Shown here one piece after another: positions 18,541 through 27,350 of a DNA stretch of 64,000 nucleotides (position 1 is the stretch's first letter; the number at the start of each line of letters is the position of its first letter). Made by a program: the position numbers and the translations under genes. Source of the DNA: Gemmatimonadota bacterium (GTDB lineage: Bacteria > Gemmatimonadota > Gemmatimonadetes > Palauibacterales > Palauibacteraceae); contig JAVVDU010000008.1 in assembly GCA_032251515.1 (NCBI GenBank), positions 14,007-78,006 of the forward strand, in the 5' to 3' direction. The notes below the pieces were generated by a model. It did not search any database. It was not told where the DNA came from and saw only the letters and a program-made list of their open reading frames with translations.

Positions 18541-20133
18541 ATGTCCGATCCGTCGAGACGCCGGCCCGTCCTCGCCGCCCTGCCGCTCGCAGCCGCCTGC
18601 CTGCTCGCCCCGGTGCCGCTCGCCGCGCAGGACTGGACGGTGGATGACCCGGAGGTCCGAGCGATCGTGGCGGAGGGCCTGGAGCGTTCCCGTCTCGAGG
18701 ACCTCGCCGGGGCTCTGGTGGACTCGATCGGGGCCCGCCTGGCGGGGACCCCGTCGTACGACGCCGCGGCGGACTGGGTGGCGGCGCAGTACGCGGCGTG
18801 GGGCATTCCCGTCCGCCAGGAGGAGGCCGGCACGTGGACCGGCTGGCGGCAGGGGTTCACGCACGTCGACCTGCTGGAGCCGCGCCGGCGGACGCTGGAG
18901 GCGATTCCGCTCGCGTTCAGTCCCGGCACCGGCGGCCCGGTGGAGGGCCCCGTGGTGACGATCCCCGCGGACCTGACGGAAGAGACGGCGGAGGAGTGGC
19001 TCGGCACGATCGAGGGCGCCTTCGTCCTCGCGATGCCGGCAGAGCCGACGTGCCGCGCCCGCCAGGAGCTCGAGGCGAACGCCCGCCCGGAGACGGTGGC
19101 GCGGATCGACTCCCTGCGCGACGCGTCGCGGGCCGCGGGCTTCCGCGCCCTGTCGGCGCTCGGGACGGAGTCGCGGAACCCCGTCCGGGCCATCGCGCGG
19201 CTCGCCGCGGGGCGGCCGGCGGGCATCGTCGTCTCGTGGTGGTCGGAGGGCTGGGGGGCCAACAAGGTGTTCGACGCCCCGACGCCGGATGTCCCGTCGT
19301 TCAGCCTGAGCTGCGAGGACTACGGACTCGTGCACCGGCTCGCCGCCGCCGGCCGGAGCCCGCGGCTGCGCGCCGACCTGACGGCCGAGCGCACGGGCGT
19401 GGTACCGCACCGCAACGTGATCGCCGAGATCCGCGGCGCCACGCGACCCGACGAGTACGTCGTCCTGTCGGCGCACCTGGATTCCTGGCACGCGGCGAGC
19501 GGCGCCACGGACAACGGCACGGGGACGCTGATGGTCATGGAGGCGATGCGCCTGCTGCAGGAGGCGGGCGTCCGACCCGACCGCACGATCCTCGCCGGGC
19601 ACTGGGCGGGCGAGGAGATGGGGCTGATCGGCTCGCGCGCCTTCGTGGAGGATCACCCGGAGGTGCTGGAGGGCCTTCAGGCCGCGTTCAACCAGGACAA
19701 CGGGACGTGGCGGATCGAGCGGATCGAGGGGCAGGGGTTCCTGCGGGCGGGCGAGCGGATCGGGCGCTGGATCGCCGACGTGCCCCGCGGCATCGCGGGC
19801 GACATCGCCCTCGAGTTCCCGGGCGGGCAGAACAACCGGGGCAGCGATCACACGACGTTCGTGTGCGCCGGCGCGCCCGGGTTCCGGCTCCAGTCGCCGT
19901 ACGACGAGTACCGGCAGTACACGTGGCACACCGAGCTCGACACGTACGACAAGATCGTGTTCGACGACCTGCGGTCGAACGCCGTGCTGGCCGCGATCCT
20001 GGCCCGGGCCGCCGCGAACGACCCCGAGACGACGCCGCGCGACCGGGCCCTGCTGCCGCCCGACGCCCGGACGGGCGAGCCGCGTGCCTGGATGGAATGC
20101 CGGCCCGCGCAGCGCGCGCCGCGCAGCCGCTGA
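18541..20133 (+). CDS. M28 family peptidase (carboxypeptidase Q-like), exported
   Basis: Signal peptide; IGARLAGTP, SAHLDSW, GATDNGTG, GEEMGLIGS, GSDH, WHT. Confidence 0.9.
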   Translation: MSDPSRRRPVLAALPLAAACLLAPVPLAAQDWTVDDPEVRAIVAEGLERSRLEDLAGALVDSIGARLAGTPSYDAAADWVAAQYAAWGIPVRQEEAGTWTGWRQGFTHVDLLEPRRRTLEAIPLAFSPGTGGPVEGPVVTIPADLTEETAEEWLGTIEGAFVLAMPAEPTCRARQELEANARPETVARIDSLRDASRAAGFRALSALGTESRNPVRAIARLAAGRPAGIVVSWWSEGWGANKVFDAPTPDVPSFSLSCEDYGLVHRLAAAGRSPRLRADLTAERTGVVPHRNVIAEIRGATRPDEYVVLSAHLDSWHAASGATDNGTGTLMVMEAMRLLQEAGVRPDRTILAGHWAGEEMGLIGSRAFVEDHPEVLEGLQAAFNQDNGTWRIERIEGQGFLRAGERIGRWIADVPRGIAGDIALEFPGGQNNRGSDHTTFVCAGAPGFRLQSPYDEYRQYTWHTELDTYDKIVFDDLRSNAVLAAILARAAANDPETTPRDRALLPPDARTGEPRAWMECRPAQRAPRSR

Positions 20134-20187
20134 ACCCGCGGGAGCGGGCGGGAGCGCGCCGGGGCGGGCAGCCCCGGCGTGTCGCGA

Positions 20188-20261
20188 TACGCCCGGAGGG
20201 ACTCGAACCCCCAACCTTCTGGTCCGAAGCCAGACGCTCTATCCGATTGAGCTACGGGCGC
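20188..20261 (-). tRNA. tRNA-Arg (anticodon UCG), CCA not encoded
   Basis: Reverse complement GCGCCCGTAGCTCAATCGGATAGAGCGTCTGGCTTCGGACCAGAAGGTTGGGGGTTCGAGTCCCTCCGGGCGTA folds as a cloverleaf; anticodon arm TCTGG-CT-TCG-GA-CCAGA; T-loop GTTCGAG. Confidence 0.95.
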
Positions 20262-20279
20262 TCCGCCGACCGGAGGCGT

Positions 20280-20308
20280 ACGCTAGCCGCGTGCCACGAG
20301 AGGCACAA
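20280..20308 (-). promoter_or_regulatory. Putative sigma70-type promoter of tRNA-Arg
   Basis: TTGTGC-N17-TAGCGT on the minus strand, ending 18 nt before the tRNA 5' end. Confidence 0.55.
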
Positions 20309-20340
20309 CCGCTCTGGAAACGCCCCCGCCCCCGTTCCGG

Positions 20341-21525
20341 TCACTCGTAGGCCGGAATTCCCGTGATCGCCTGTCCCAGGATGAGTCCGTGGATGTCGTG
20401 CGTCCCCTCGTACGTGTACACCGACTCGAGGTTCGCCATGTGGCGCATCGACTGGTACTCGACGAGGATACCGTTCCCGCCGAGCAGCCGCCGCGCCTCG
20501 CGCGCGCACTCGCACGCCATGTTCACGTTGTTCCGCTTGGCCAGCGAGACCTGCTGGGCCGTCGCGGCCCCGGCATCCTTCAGCCGTCCGAGCTGCAGGG
20601 CGAGGAGCTGGGCCTTGGTGATCTCCGTGAGCATGTCGGCCAGGCGCGTCTGCTGGATCTGGGTGGCCGCGATCGGCTTGCCGCCGAACTGGACCCGGTT
20701 CAGCGCGTAGTCGCGCGCCTCGATGAAGCACGCCATCGCGGCGCCGATCCCGCCCCACGCGATGCCGTAGCGCGCCTGCGTGAGGCACATCAGCGGGCTC
20801 TTGAGCCCGTCCGACGCGGGAAGCAGGTTCGCGTCCGGGACGCGGACGTCCTGCAGCACGAGCTCGCTCGTGTCGGAGGCGAGCAGCGAGAGCTTTCCCT
20901 CCTGGTTCTTCGCCGAGAAGCCCTCCCGGTCCGTCTCGACGATGAACCCGCGGATCGACTTCTGGTCGTCGAGCTCTCCCGTCTTGGCCCAGATGATCGC
21001 CACGTCGGCCATCGAGCCGCTGGTGATCCACATCTTGGCGCCGTTCAGGACCCACTCGTCGCCGTCCTTCACCGCGCGGGTCAGCATCCCGCCGGGATTC
21101 GACCCGAAGTCGGGCTCGGTCAGGCCGAAGCAGCCGATGACCTCGCCGGTCGCCAGCTTCGGCAGCCACTCGCGGCGCTGCTCCTCGGAGCCGAAGGCGA
21201 AGATCGGGTACATCACGAGCGCGCCCTGCACGGACGCGAAGGAGCGGATCCCCGAGTCGCCGCGCTCGAGCTCCTGCATGATCAGGCCGTAGGCGACGTT
21301 GTTCAGTCCCGCGCAGCCGTACTCCTCTGGGAGGTTCGCCCCGTAGAAGCCCAGTTCGCCCATCCCGGGGATGAGGTCCGTCGGAAACGTGCGGCCGACG
21401 TAATGCTCGTTGATCACGGGCATCACTTCGTCATCCACCCACTCCCGGACCATGTCCCGGACGGCCCGCTCCTCCTCGCTCAGCAGCCCGTCCACGCCGT
21501 AGAAGTCCACGCCGTCGAATGCCAT
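20341..21525 (-). CDS. gcdH: Glutaryl-CoA dehydrogenase-type acyl-CoA dehydrogenase
   Basis: YGLIMQELERGDSGIRSFASVQGALVM, GCFGLTEPDFGSNPGGM, ARYGIAWG, TYEGTHDIH. Confidence 0.85.
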   Translation of the reverse strand: MAFDGVDFYGVDGLLSEEERAVRDMVREWVDDEVMPVINEHYVGRTFPTDLIPGMGELGFYGANLPEEYGCAGLNNVAYGLIMQELERGDSGIRSFASVQGALVMYPIFAFGSEEQRREWLPKLATGEVIGCFGLTEPDFGSNPGGMLTRAVKDGDEWVLNGAKMWITSGSMADVAIIWAKTGELDDQKSIRGFIVETDREGFSAKNQEGKLSLLASDTSELVLQDVRVPDANLLPASDGLKSPLMCLTQARYGIAWGGIGAAMACFIEARDYALNRVQFGGKPIAATQIQQTRLADMLTEITKAQLLALQLGRLKDAGAATAQQVSLAKRNNVNMACECAREARRLLGGNGILVEYQSMRHMANLESVYTYEGTHDIHGLILGQAITGIPAYE

Positions 21526-21593
21526 GTCTTCGTCCGTTCCTGGTTTCGAATTCGTGGGGCGTCCGTCGGCCCCGGGGCGTCGTTCCGCCCGGC

Positions 21594-21929
21594 TCAGCTC
21601 CGGTCGCGGCTGCGGTACCAGCCGCGAACCACCTCGCGGCCGATCCGCATTCCGAGGTAGTACGCCGCGGCGAGCGGGATCGCCCACGCGTACACCGGAA
21701 AGTAGCCGCGTGTCCCCTCGATGAAGATCCACACGGCGAAGGGGAGAGTCACGAGGGCGGCGATCGCGTGCTGCCCGCGCGCCGCCGCGCTCTCCAGTGC
21801 TCCGTGACACTGCGGGCACCAGCGTCCGTCGTCCAGGGTGGACTCGGGAAACTCGGTCCCGCAGCGCCGGCAGGCCTCGAGCGGCTCCGAGCCGGGCGCC
21901 GCGACCTCGAGCCGTCTACGCGCCGGCAT
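21594..21929 (-). CDS. Zinc-ribbon plus two-TM membrane protein (start uncertain)
   Basis: CRRC...CPQC followed by two hydrophobic segments; fills the gap between the IDH gene and gcdH. Confidence 0.65.
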   Translation of the reverse strand: MPARRRLEVAAPGSEPLEACRRCGTEFPESTLDDGRWCPQCHGALESAAARGQHAIAALVTLPFAVWIFIEGTRGYFPVYAWAIPLAAAYYLGMRIGREVVRGWYRSRDRS

Positions 21930-22941
21930 CGAGCTTCGCGATGACCGCATCGGCGAACGCCTCCGTTCCGGCGCTTCCTCCGAGGTCGGCCGTCACCGTG
22001 AGGCTCTCCGTGACCACCGCCGTGAGGGCGCCCCGGATCCGCGATGCGGTCTCCTGCTGGCCCAGGTGCTCGAGCAGCAGGCAGCCGGCGAGAAGCAGCG
22101 CCGAGGGGTTCGCGATGCCGCGCCCGGCGATGTCGGGCGCCGAGCCGTGCACCGCCTCGAAGATGGCCACGTTGCGGCCGATGTTGACGCCCGGCGCGAA
22201 CCCGAGCCCGCCCACCAGCCCGGCCGCGAGGTCCGAGAGGATGTCCCCGAACATGTTCTCGGTCACGACGACGTCGAACGGCGAGGGATCGAGCACCATC
22301 TGCATCGCCGTCGCGTCGACGATCCGGTCCTCGAACTCGATCGCGCCGGCGTAGGTCTTCGCGACTTCGCGGCCCACTTCGAGGAACAGGCCCTGCGTGT
22401 ACTTCAGGATGTTCGCCTTGTGCACGAGCGTGACCTTCTTCCGTCCGTGCTCGAGGGCGTACTCGAACGCGTACCGCACGATGCGGTCCGATCCGTATCG
22501 CGTGATGAGCATCACCGACTCGGCCACGGCGCGCGGGTCCTGGTGCATTCCGATGTAGTGCTCGATCCCGGCGTACAGTCCCTCGGTGTTCTCCCGCACG
22601 ATGACGAAGTCGATGTCCTCGTAGCGGCCGCCCGGCACGATCGTCCGCGCCGGGCGGACGTTGGCGTACAGGTCGAAATGCTTGCGCAGCGCGACGTTGA
22701 TCGAGCGGAAGCCCGCACCGATCGGCGTGGTGAGCGGGCCCTTGAGGGCGAAGCGGTTCCGCTCGATCGAATCGAGCGTCTCCTGCGGCAACAGGTCGTG
22801 CCCCTGCTCGACCGCCGCCAGCCCGGCCTGCCGCACGTCCCACTCGATCCGGGCGCCCGCGGCCTCGATCACCCGCACGGTGGCATCCGAGATCGCGGGA
22901 CCGATCCCGTCGCCGGGAACGAGAGTCACCGTGTGCGTCAC
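21916..22941 (-). CDS. Isocitrate/isopropylmalate dehydrogenase family protein, most like NAD-dependent isocitrate dehydrogenase
   Basis: GTG start in GTGA overlap; PGDGIGP, LKGPLTTP, SINVALRK, RENTEG, HKANILK, NMFGDILSD, FEAVHGSAPDIAG. Confidence 0.88.
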   Translation of the reverse strand: MTHTVTLVPGDGIGPAISDATVRVIEAAGARIEWDVRQAGLAAVEQGHDLLPQETLDSIERNRFALKGPLTTPIGAGFRSINVALRKHFDLYANVRPARTIVPGGRYEDIDFVIVRENTEGLYAGIEHYIGMHQDPRAVAESVMLITRYGSDRIVRYAFEYALEHGRKKVTLVHKANILKYTQGLFLEVGREVAKTYAGAIEFEDRIVDATAMQMVLDPSPFDVVVTENMFGDILSDLAAGLVGGLGFAPGVNIGRNVAIFEAVHGSAPDIAGRGIANPSALLLAGCLLLEHLGQQETASRIRGALTAVVTESLTVTADLGGSAGTEAFADAVIAKLDAGA

Positions 22942-23462
22942 GAGTCCTTCCTCACGTAGCGGGGGCTGTATTCGTAGTCCACCGTTTCCTCGCCGTACTC
23001 GATGAGCTCCAGGACGTAGCTGGGCCGGTTCGTCCCCTCGAGGCGGGCTCGCCCCGCCAGCGCGATGGCCCTTCGCCAGGTCACGGAATTCAGGCCGCCC
23101 CGTTCCAGGAGCACCCGGGCCACCCGGTGCCCCTGCTCGTCCAGCGTGGTGACCCGGACCCCCCCCACGCCCTCGAACGTCTCGAGCAGGTCGCGGGTCT
23201 GCGGCGAGAACAGGTACACGTAGGGCCCGAACTTCGCCCACACCTGCCCGCCGCGTCGCAGCTGGTCGGCCTCCTGCACCGCGGTCACGTCGATCACGTT
23301 GCCCGTGAGCTCGGCCCGCACGTCTTCGCCGTACACGCCGCGCAGGTCGTCCGGCGACGGCAGCGCGGGGCCCGGCTCTCCGCCGCCGCACGCGGCCGTG
23401 GCCGCCGCGGCCGCCACGAGCAGGGACAGGATGCGCCGCGCCGGGCGCCACCGGCCGCTCAC
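22938..23462 (-). CDS. Hypothetical lipoprotein
   Basis: Lipobox-like TAAC-GG; 4-nt overlaps with both neighbours; normal globular composition. Confidence 0.75.
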   Translation of the reverse strand: MSGRWRPARRILSLLVAAAAATAACGGGEPGPALPSPDDLRGVYGEDVRAELTGNVIDVTAVQEADQLRRGGQVWAKFGPYVYLFSPQTRDLLETFEGVGGVRVTTLDEQGHRVARVLLERGGLNSVTWRRAIALAGRARLEGTNRPSYVLELIEYGEETVDYEYSPRYVRKDS

Positions 23463-24202
23463 GAGGGGGCCACCTGGCGCGCGACGCGCGCGGCGAGGCT
23501 CGCCAGCAGGGCCGGCGACCCGGCCGGCGCCGGGTCACCCGCGACCTCGCCGTGCCACAGCACCGCGCTGCGCCGAATGTCGATGAGCGCGAGAAGCAGG
23601 CGGGCCCGCCACGGGGTCTCCCCGTCCGCCTTTCCGTCGCCCTCTCCGTCGCCCTCTCCGTCAGGACCACCCGGACCACCCGCGGCGCCCGCGGACGCGG
23701 TGTCGCGCTCCAGCCGCAGGCGGACGGGCAGCACCACGTACCGGGTGTCGAACAGCGCCGCCAGCACGCGCAACTCGCCGTGCAGCGGCTCGTAGAGCTG
23801 GTCGCGCCGATCCGGCTCGACCAGCAGACCCTGGTAGGCGAGGTGGCGGGGATCCAGCCGCAGCGTCGGATTGCGCTCCGCGCGGCGCACCACCGCCTCC
23901 GGCAGCGCCCAGCTGCCGGCGCCGCGCCGCTCGCCGAGCGCGAAGGCGAGCTCGGCGTCGAGCGTCCGCAGCAGCTCCTCGCCGGAGACGCCGCCGCCCG
24001 CCGCGGCAACCGCGGCCGCCGGGGACGTCGCCGCCACGGACTGGGCCGGGACGACGACGACCGGCGTGCCGTAGGGAAACCGCGGCATGACCGACTCCTG
24101 GGCCACGGCGCCGCCCACCGGGACCAGCGCCGCCACGAGCGGCGCGAGGCCCGCGGCGGCGACACCTGCCGCCCGTCTCCTCCGTCCGGATCCGTTCCTC
24201 AA
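23459..24202 (-). CDS. Hypothetical exported protein
   Basis: Probable TTG start in TTGA overlap with the GDPD stop; signal peptide ending AVA-QE; stop overlaps the next start. Confidence 0.65.
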   Translation of the reverse strand: MRNGSGRRRRAAGVAAAGLAPLVAALVPVGGAVAQESVMPRFPYGTPVVVVPAQSVAATSPAAAVAAAGGGVSGEELLRTLDAELAFALGERRGAGSWALPEAVVRRAERNPTLRLDPRHLAYQGLLVEPDRRDQLYEPLHGELRVLAALFDTRYVVLPVRLRLERDTASAGAAGGPGGPDGEGDGEGDGKADGETPWRARLLLALIDIRRSAVLWHGEVAGDPAPAGSPALLASLAARVARQVAPS

Positions 24203-24966
24203 TCCTCGCCGTTCCCTTCCCGGCCGCGCGCGCCCAGCAGCGACGCCGCGAGGCGCACATCGTTCGTGATGATCCCGTCCACCTGATACTCCGCGAGACG
24301 CCGCAGGGTCGTCGCATCGTCCACCGTCCACACCTGCACGGTGCGCCCAGAGTCGCGGACCCGGGCCACGAAGTCGCGCGTCACGAGCGTCCGTCCGTCC
24401 GCCCGCAGCGGCACCTGAACGACCTCCGGCACCTCGCGCGGCGCCGCCGCCGCCAGCCAGCCCGGTTCGGCGGCGATCCGGGCCGCCTGGGCCACCGAGG
24501 TGGCCCGGCGGCCCCGGTAGGCCCGGAACGCGTCGCCCTCCGTGTCCTCATCGACGTACAGGATCGTCCGCTCCGTCCGCCGGAAACGCTCGATGCAGTG
24601 GACCACGTCCCACGCCGCCGCGGGGTCCTTGACGTCGACCGTGATCTCGAGCCCGGGATACCGCGCGAAGACTTCCTCGAGCACCGGGACCCGAACCGGA
24701 CCGGCCGCCCCGGGGGTCCCGGGACCGCCCGCGGACACGTCCGCCGCGCGCACCGCCGCGGTCGTCATGTCGACCACCCGGCCCGGCACCCCGGCCGTGC
24801 GGTCGAGCGTCGGGTCGTGGATCACCAGGAGCGCCCCGTCGGCGCTCCGTCGCACGTCGAGCTCCAGCGCGTCCGCGCCCAGGGCGAGGCCGAGGTCGAA
24901 CGCCGGCAACGTGTTCTCCGGCGCCTCCGCGGCCGCTCCGCGGTGCGCCACGATCCGCGGTCTCAC
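24199..24966 (-). CDS. Glycerophosphodiester phosphodiesterase
   Basis: GTG start in GTGA overlap; IVAHRGA, PENTL, ELDV, IHDPTLDRT, VQVWTVD, VDGIITN. Confidence 0.92.
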   Translation of the reverse strand: MRPRIVAHRGAAAEAPENTLPAFDLGLALGADALELDVRRSADGALLVIHDPTLDRTAGVPGRVVDMTTAAVRAADVSAGGPGTPGAAGPVRVPVLEEVFARYPGLEITVDVKDPAAAWDVVHCIERFRRTERTILYVDEDTEGDAFRAYRGRRATSVAQAARIAAEPGWLAAAAPREVPEVVQVPLRADGRTLVTRDFVARVRDSGRTVQVWTVDDATTLRRLAEYQVDGIITNDVRLAASLLGARGREGNGED

Positions 24967-25580
24967 CTGTCGCCTCCTCCCCCCAGCCGGTCGAAGCGGA
25001 GCCGCGTGCCGACGTGCAGGGCCGCGTGGGCGACGTCGGAGACGAGGCTCCCGTGCAGCTCGGCGAACAGGCCGATGAACCCTCCCTCGAACGCCGGGAC
25101 CTCCAGTCCGGCGAGGCCCTCGAGACCCGGGTGAAAGCCGTCCCGGCCCTCCTGGTCGCCCTCGAAGCCCGCGAAGCGGGCCGACACGACGTGCGCGCCG
25201 GCTCCCAGGCCGGCGTAGGCCGTGGCGCGGCCGAGCGGGAAGGCGCGGCGCAGCGAGATGCTGAACACCGTGTCGTCGACGTCGACGACGCGACCATCGG
25301 CCAGCTCGTCCTCCGACGTCCAGAAGCGGAACCCGAACCGCAGCGACGCCCCGGACACGAGGAGGTCGGCGACGTCGGCCGCCACGCCGTAGGACAGCCC
25401 CGCCTCGGCGTCGCGGACCACCACCCCCCCGAGACCGACATCCAGGGAGGCGAACCGGACGTCGCGCCCCCCACCCGTCTCGTCCGCGAGGGCCTGCGCC
25501 GGCGCGGGCCGGGCCGGCAGCGCGGCGAGCCAGAGCGCGGCGAGGGCCGCTTCCCGCGGCCCCCACCGGATTCCGTTCAT
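24963..25580 (-). CDS. Small outer-membrane beta-barrel protein
   Basis: Signal peptide; alternating Gly/aromatic beta-strands (YAGLGAGAH, GLFAELHG, VGTRLRF). Confidence 0.65.
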   Translation of the reverse strand: MNGIRWGPREAALAALWLAALPARPAPAQALADETGGGRDVRFASLDVGLGGVVVRDAEAGLSYGVAADVADLLVSGASLRFGFRFWTSEDELADGRVVDVDDTVFSISLRRAFPLGRATAYAGLGAGAHVVSARFAGFEGDQEGRDGFHPGLEGLAGLEVPAFEGGFIGLFAELHGSLVSDVAHAALHVGTRLRFDRLGGGGDR

Positions 25581-25855
25581 CCGCGCGTCCGGCGTCCCGC
25601 GCGCGGCGCCTCGGCGCCCGCCGTCCGGGGCGCCGCCGACCCCGCGCGGGGAGGCGGCAGGGCTCGCGTGCCGCCCGCCACCGCCAGGACTCCGATCACC
25701 GCCGCCGCCACGGCCGCCCAGCCGCGCCCCGTCGCCGCGAAGCCGAACGCCGAGAACGCGACGGCTACGCCGGTCAGGACGACCGACAGGGCCACCGCGC
25801 CCGCCGCGGCCCGGGCGGGCCGCCGGACCCCGTCAGGCGACATCCGCCTCGGCAT
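25577..25855 (-). CDS. Small two-TM hypothetical membrane protein
   Basis: Two hydrophobic helices; stop forms an ATGA overlap with the next gene. Confidence 0.5.
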   Translation of the reverse strand: MPRRMSPDGVRRPARAAAGAVALSVVLTGVAVAFSAFGFAATGRGWAAVAAAVIGVLAVAGGTRALPPPRAGSAAPRTAGAEAPRAGRRTRG

Positions 25856-26819
25856 GGTCGCCGAGCGACACGGAGCCGCGCAGGCCGCGCAGGCGCGCCT
25901 CGTCCCCCACCAGGGAGGAGGTCAGCTCGCAATCCTCCACGACGGCCCCGGCGCCGACGATCGTGTCGCGCAACCGGCTGCGGCGCACCACGGCGCCCGA
26001 CGCGATGCTGACGTTCGGTCCGAGTGCGACATCCTCGAGCTCGACGTCCTCCGCCACGCACACCGGGTCCTCCACCCGGACGCCGGCGCGCTCCGGCGGC
26101 CGCCGCGCCGCGCCCGCCAGCAGCACCCGGCGGTTCGTGTCGATCAGCGTCTCCCGCTTCCCGCAGTCCCACCACTCCGACACCTCGGCCGTGAGCAGCC
26201 GCGAGCCCCGGTCGATCATGTACTGGAAGGCGTCGGTGAGGAAGTACTCGCCCAGCCGGGTCGGCCCATCCATCACGTGCCGGATTCCCTCGAACATCCG
26301 CTCCACGTCCCGGATGTAGTACAGGCCGATGTTCGCGAGGCGGGATACGGGCTCGCTCGGCTTCTCCACGATCCGCCGCATGAACCCGTCCTCGTCCCGC
26401 ACGATCACGCCGAACCGCTGGTAGTCTTCGACCTCCTTGGCCCACACGATCCCGTCCACGTCCGGACGGCGGCGGATCAGGCCGAGGTCGGCGTCGAACA
26501 GCGTGTCCACGAACACGATGAGCACCGGCCCCGTGACGAAGGGTTCGGCCAGCCCGATCGCGTCGGCCGTGCCGAGCTGCTCCTCCTGCACGACGGGCCG
26601 GAACCGCAGGCCCGGGTGCGCCTCTGCGAGATGCGCCTCGATCCGGTCGGCCAGGTGACCCGTGATCCCGATGACCTCGTCCACGCCGGCCTCGCCCAGC
26701 CGCTCCAGCACGTGGTCCAGGACCGGCCGGTTCCCGACTCGCAGGAGGGGCTTGGGGCGGGCGTGCGTGTGCGGGCGGAGCCGGGTACCCTTGCCGGCGA
26801 GCGGGAGAATCGCTTGCAT
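25833..26819 (-). CDS. Sugar-phosphate nucleotidyltransferase (long glucose-1-phosphate thymidylyltransferase-like, with C-terminal left-handed beta-helix)
   Basis: LAGKGTRLRPHT..PKPL, QEEQLGTADA, VEKP, EYFLTDA, WWDCG; hexapeptide-like tail; GAGGG SD. Confidence 0.9.
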   Translation of the reverse strand: MQAILPLAGKGTRLRPHTHARPKPLLRVGNRPVLDHVLERLGEAGVDEVIGITGHLADRIEAHLAEAHPGLRFRPVVQEEQLGTADAIGLAEPFVTGPVLIVFVDTLFDADLGLIRRRPDVDGIVWAKEVEDYQRFGVIVRDEDGFMRRIVEKPSEPVSRLANIGLYYIRDVERMFEGIRHVMDGPTRLGEYFLTDAFQYMIDRGSRLLTAEVSEWWDCGKRETLIDTNRRVLLAGAARRPPERAGVRVEDPVCVAEDVELEDVALGPNVSIASGAVVRRSRLRDTIVGAGAVVEDCELTSSLVGDEARLRGLRGSVSLGDHAEADVA

Positions 26820-26951
26820 GCGTCCCTCGCGGACGTTCTGATGCAGATGTAAGGACGGCGGGAACGTACCGGAGCCGCCGGGGAGCGGCAACCGGTCCCG
26901 GACCCGCCGGCGGGCTCACCCTCCAGGCCGGCCGCGCCGGACGGAGACGCG

Positions 26952-27344
26952 ATGCGCGACGGCGGACCCCGGCGGGCGGACGTCCCCCGTACGGTGATGG
27001 ACACGCGGCGTGACGAAGGCCTGGAGGGCCGCCTGTACGCCGTGTCCTTCGCCCGCGTGTGGGACGCGCTGGGAGAGGTGATCGGGCGGCGCCCCGGCTG
27101 GACGCTCGTGCACGCGGACGAGGACCTCGGTCTCCTCACGGCCCGCCGCCGCATTCTCCTGCCGGCGCTGACCTCCGACGTCAGCGTGTGGGTCCGTCTC
27201 GACGAGCACGGGCTGACCCGGGTCGACGTCCGCGCTGCCGGGCGGGCACGGCCGGCGGGCCCCGATCGGCAGCGCCGCGCCGTGCACCGCCTTCTCGCGG
27301 CGCTGGACCGCGCCCTCGGTCCCGGGGCCCGCCTCCGCGACTGA
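26952..27344 (+). CDS. DUF1499-like protein
   Basis: GGAG SD; GWTL...TSDVSVWVRLDEHGLTRVDVRA...D pattern typical of DUF1499. Confidence 0.6.
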   Translation: MRDGGPRRADVPRTVMDTRRDEGLEGRLYAVSFARVWDALGEVIGRRPGWTLVHADEDLGLLTARRRILLPALTSDVSVWVRLDEHGLTRVDVRAAGRARPAGPDRQRRAVHRLLAALDRALGPGARLRD

Positions 27345-27350
27345 CCCGCG

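Noticed and set aside
20133-20340. tRNA as an integration site for a genomic island
   Set aside because: No integrase and no duplicated tRNA 3' end seen in the window.
23620-23665. 12-bp repeat (CCGTCGCCCTCT) and other short repeats as CRISPR or regulatory arrays
   Set aside because: In-frame low-complexity coding repeat (GDGE)n; there is no repeat-spacer structure and no cas gene in the window.
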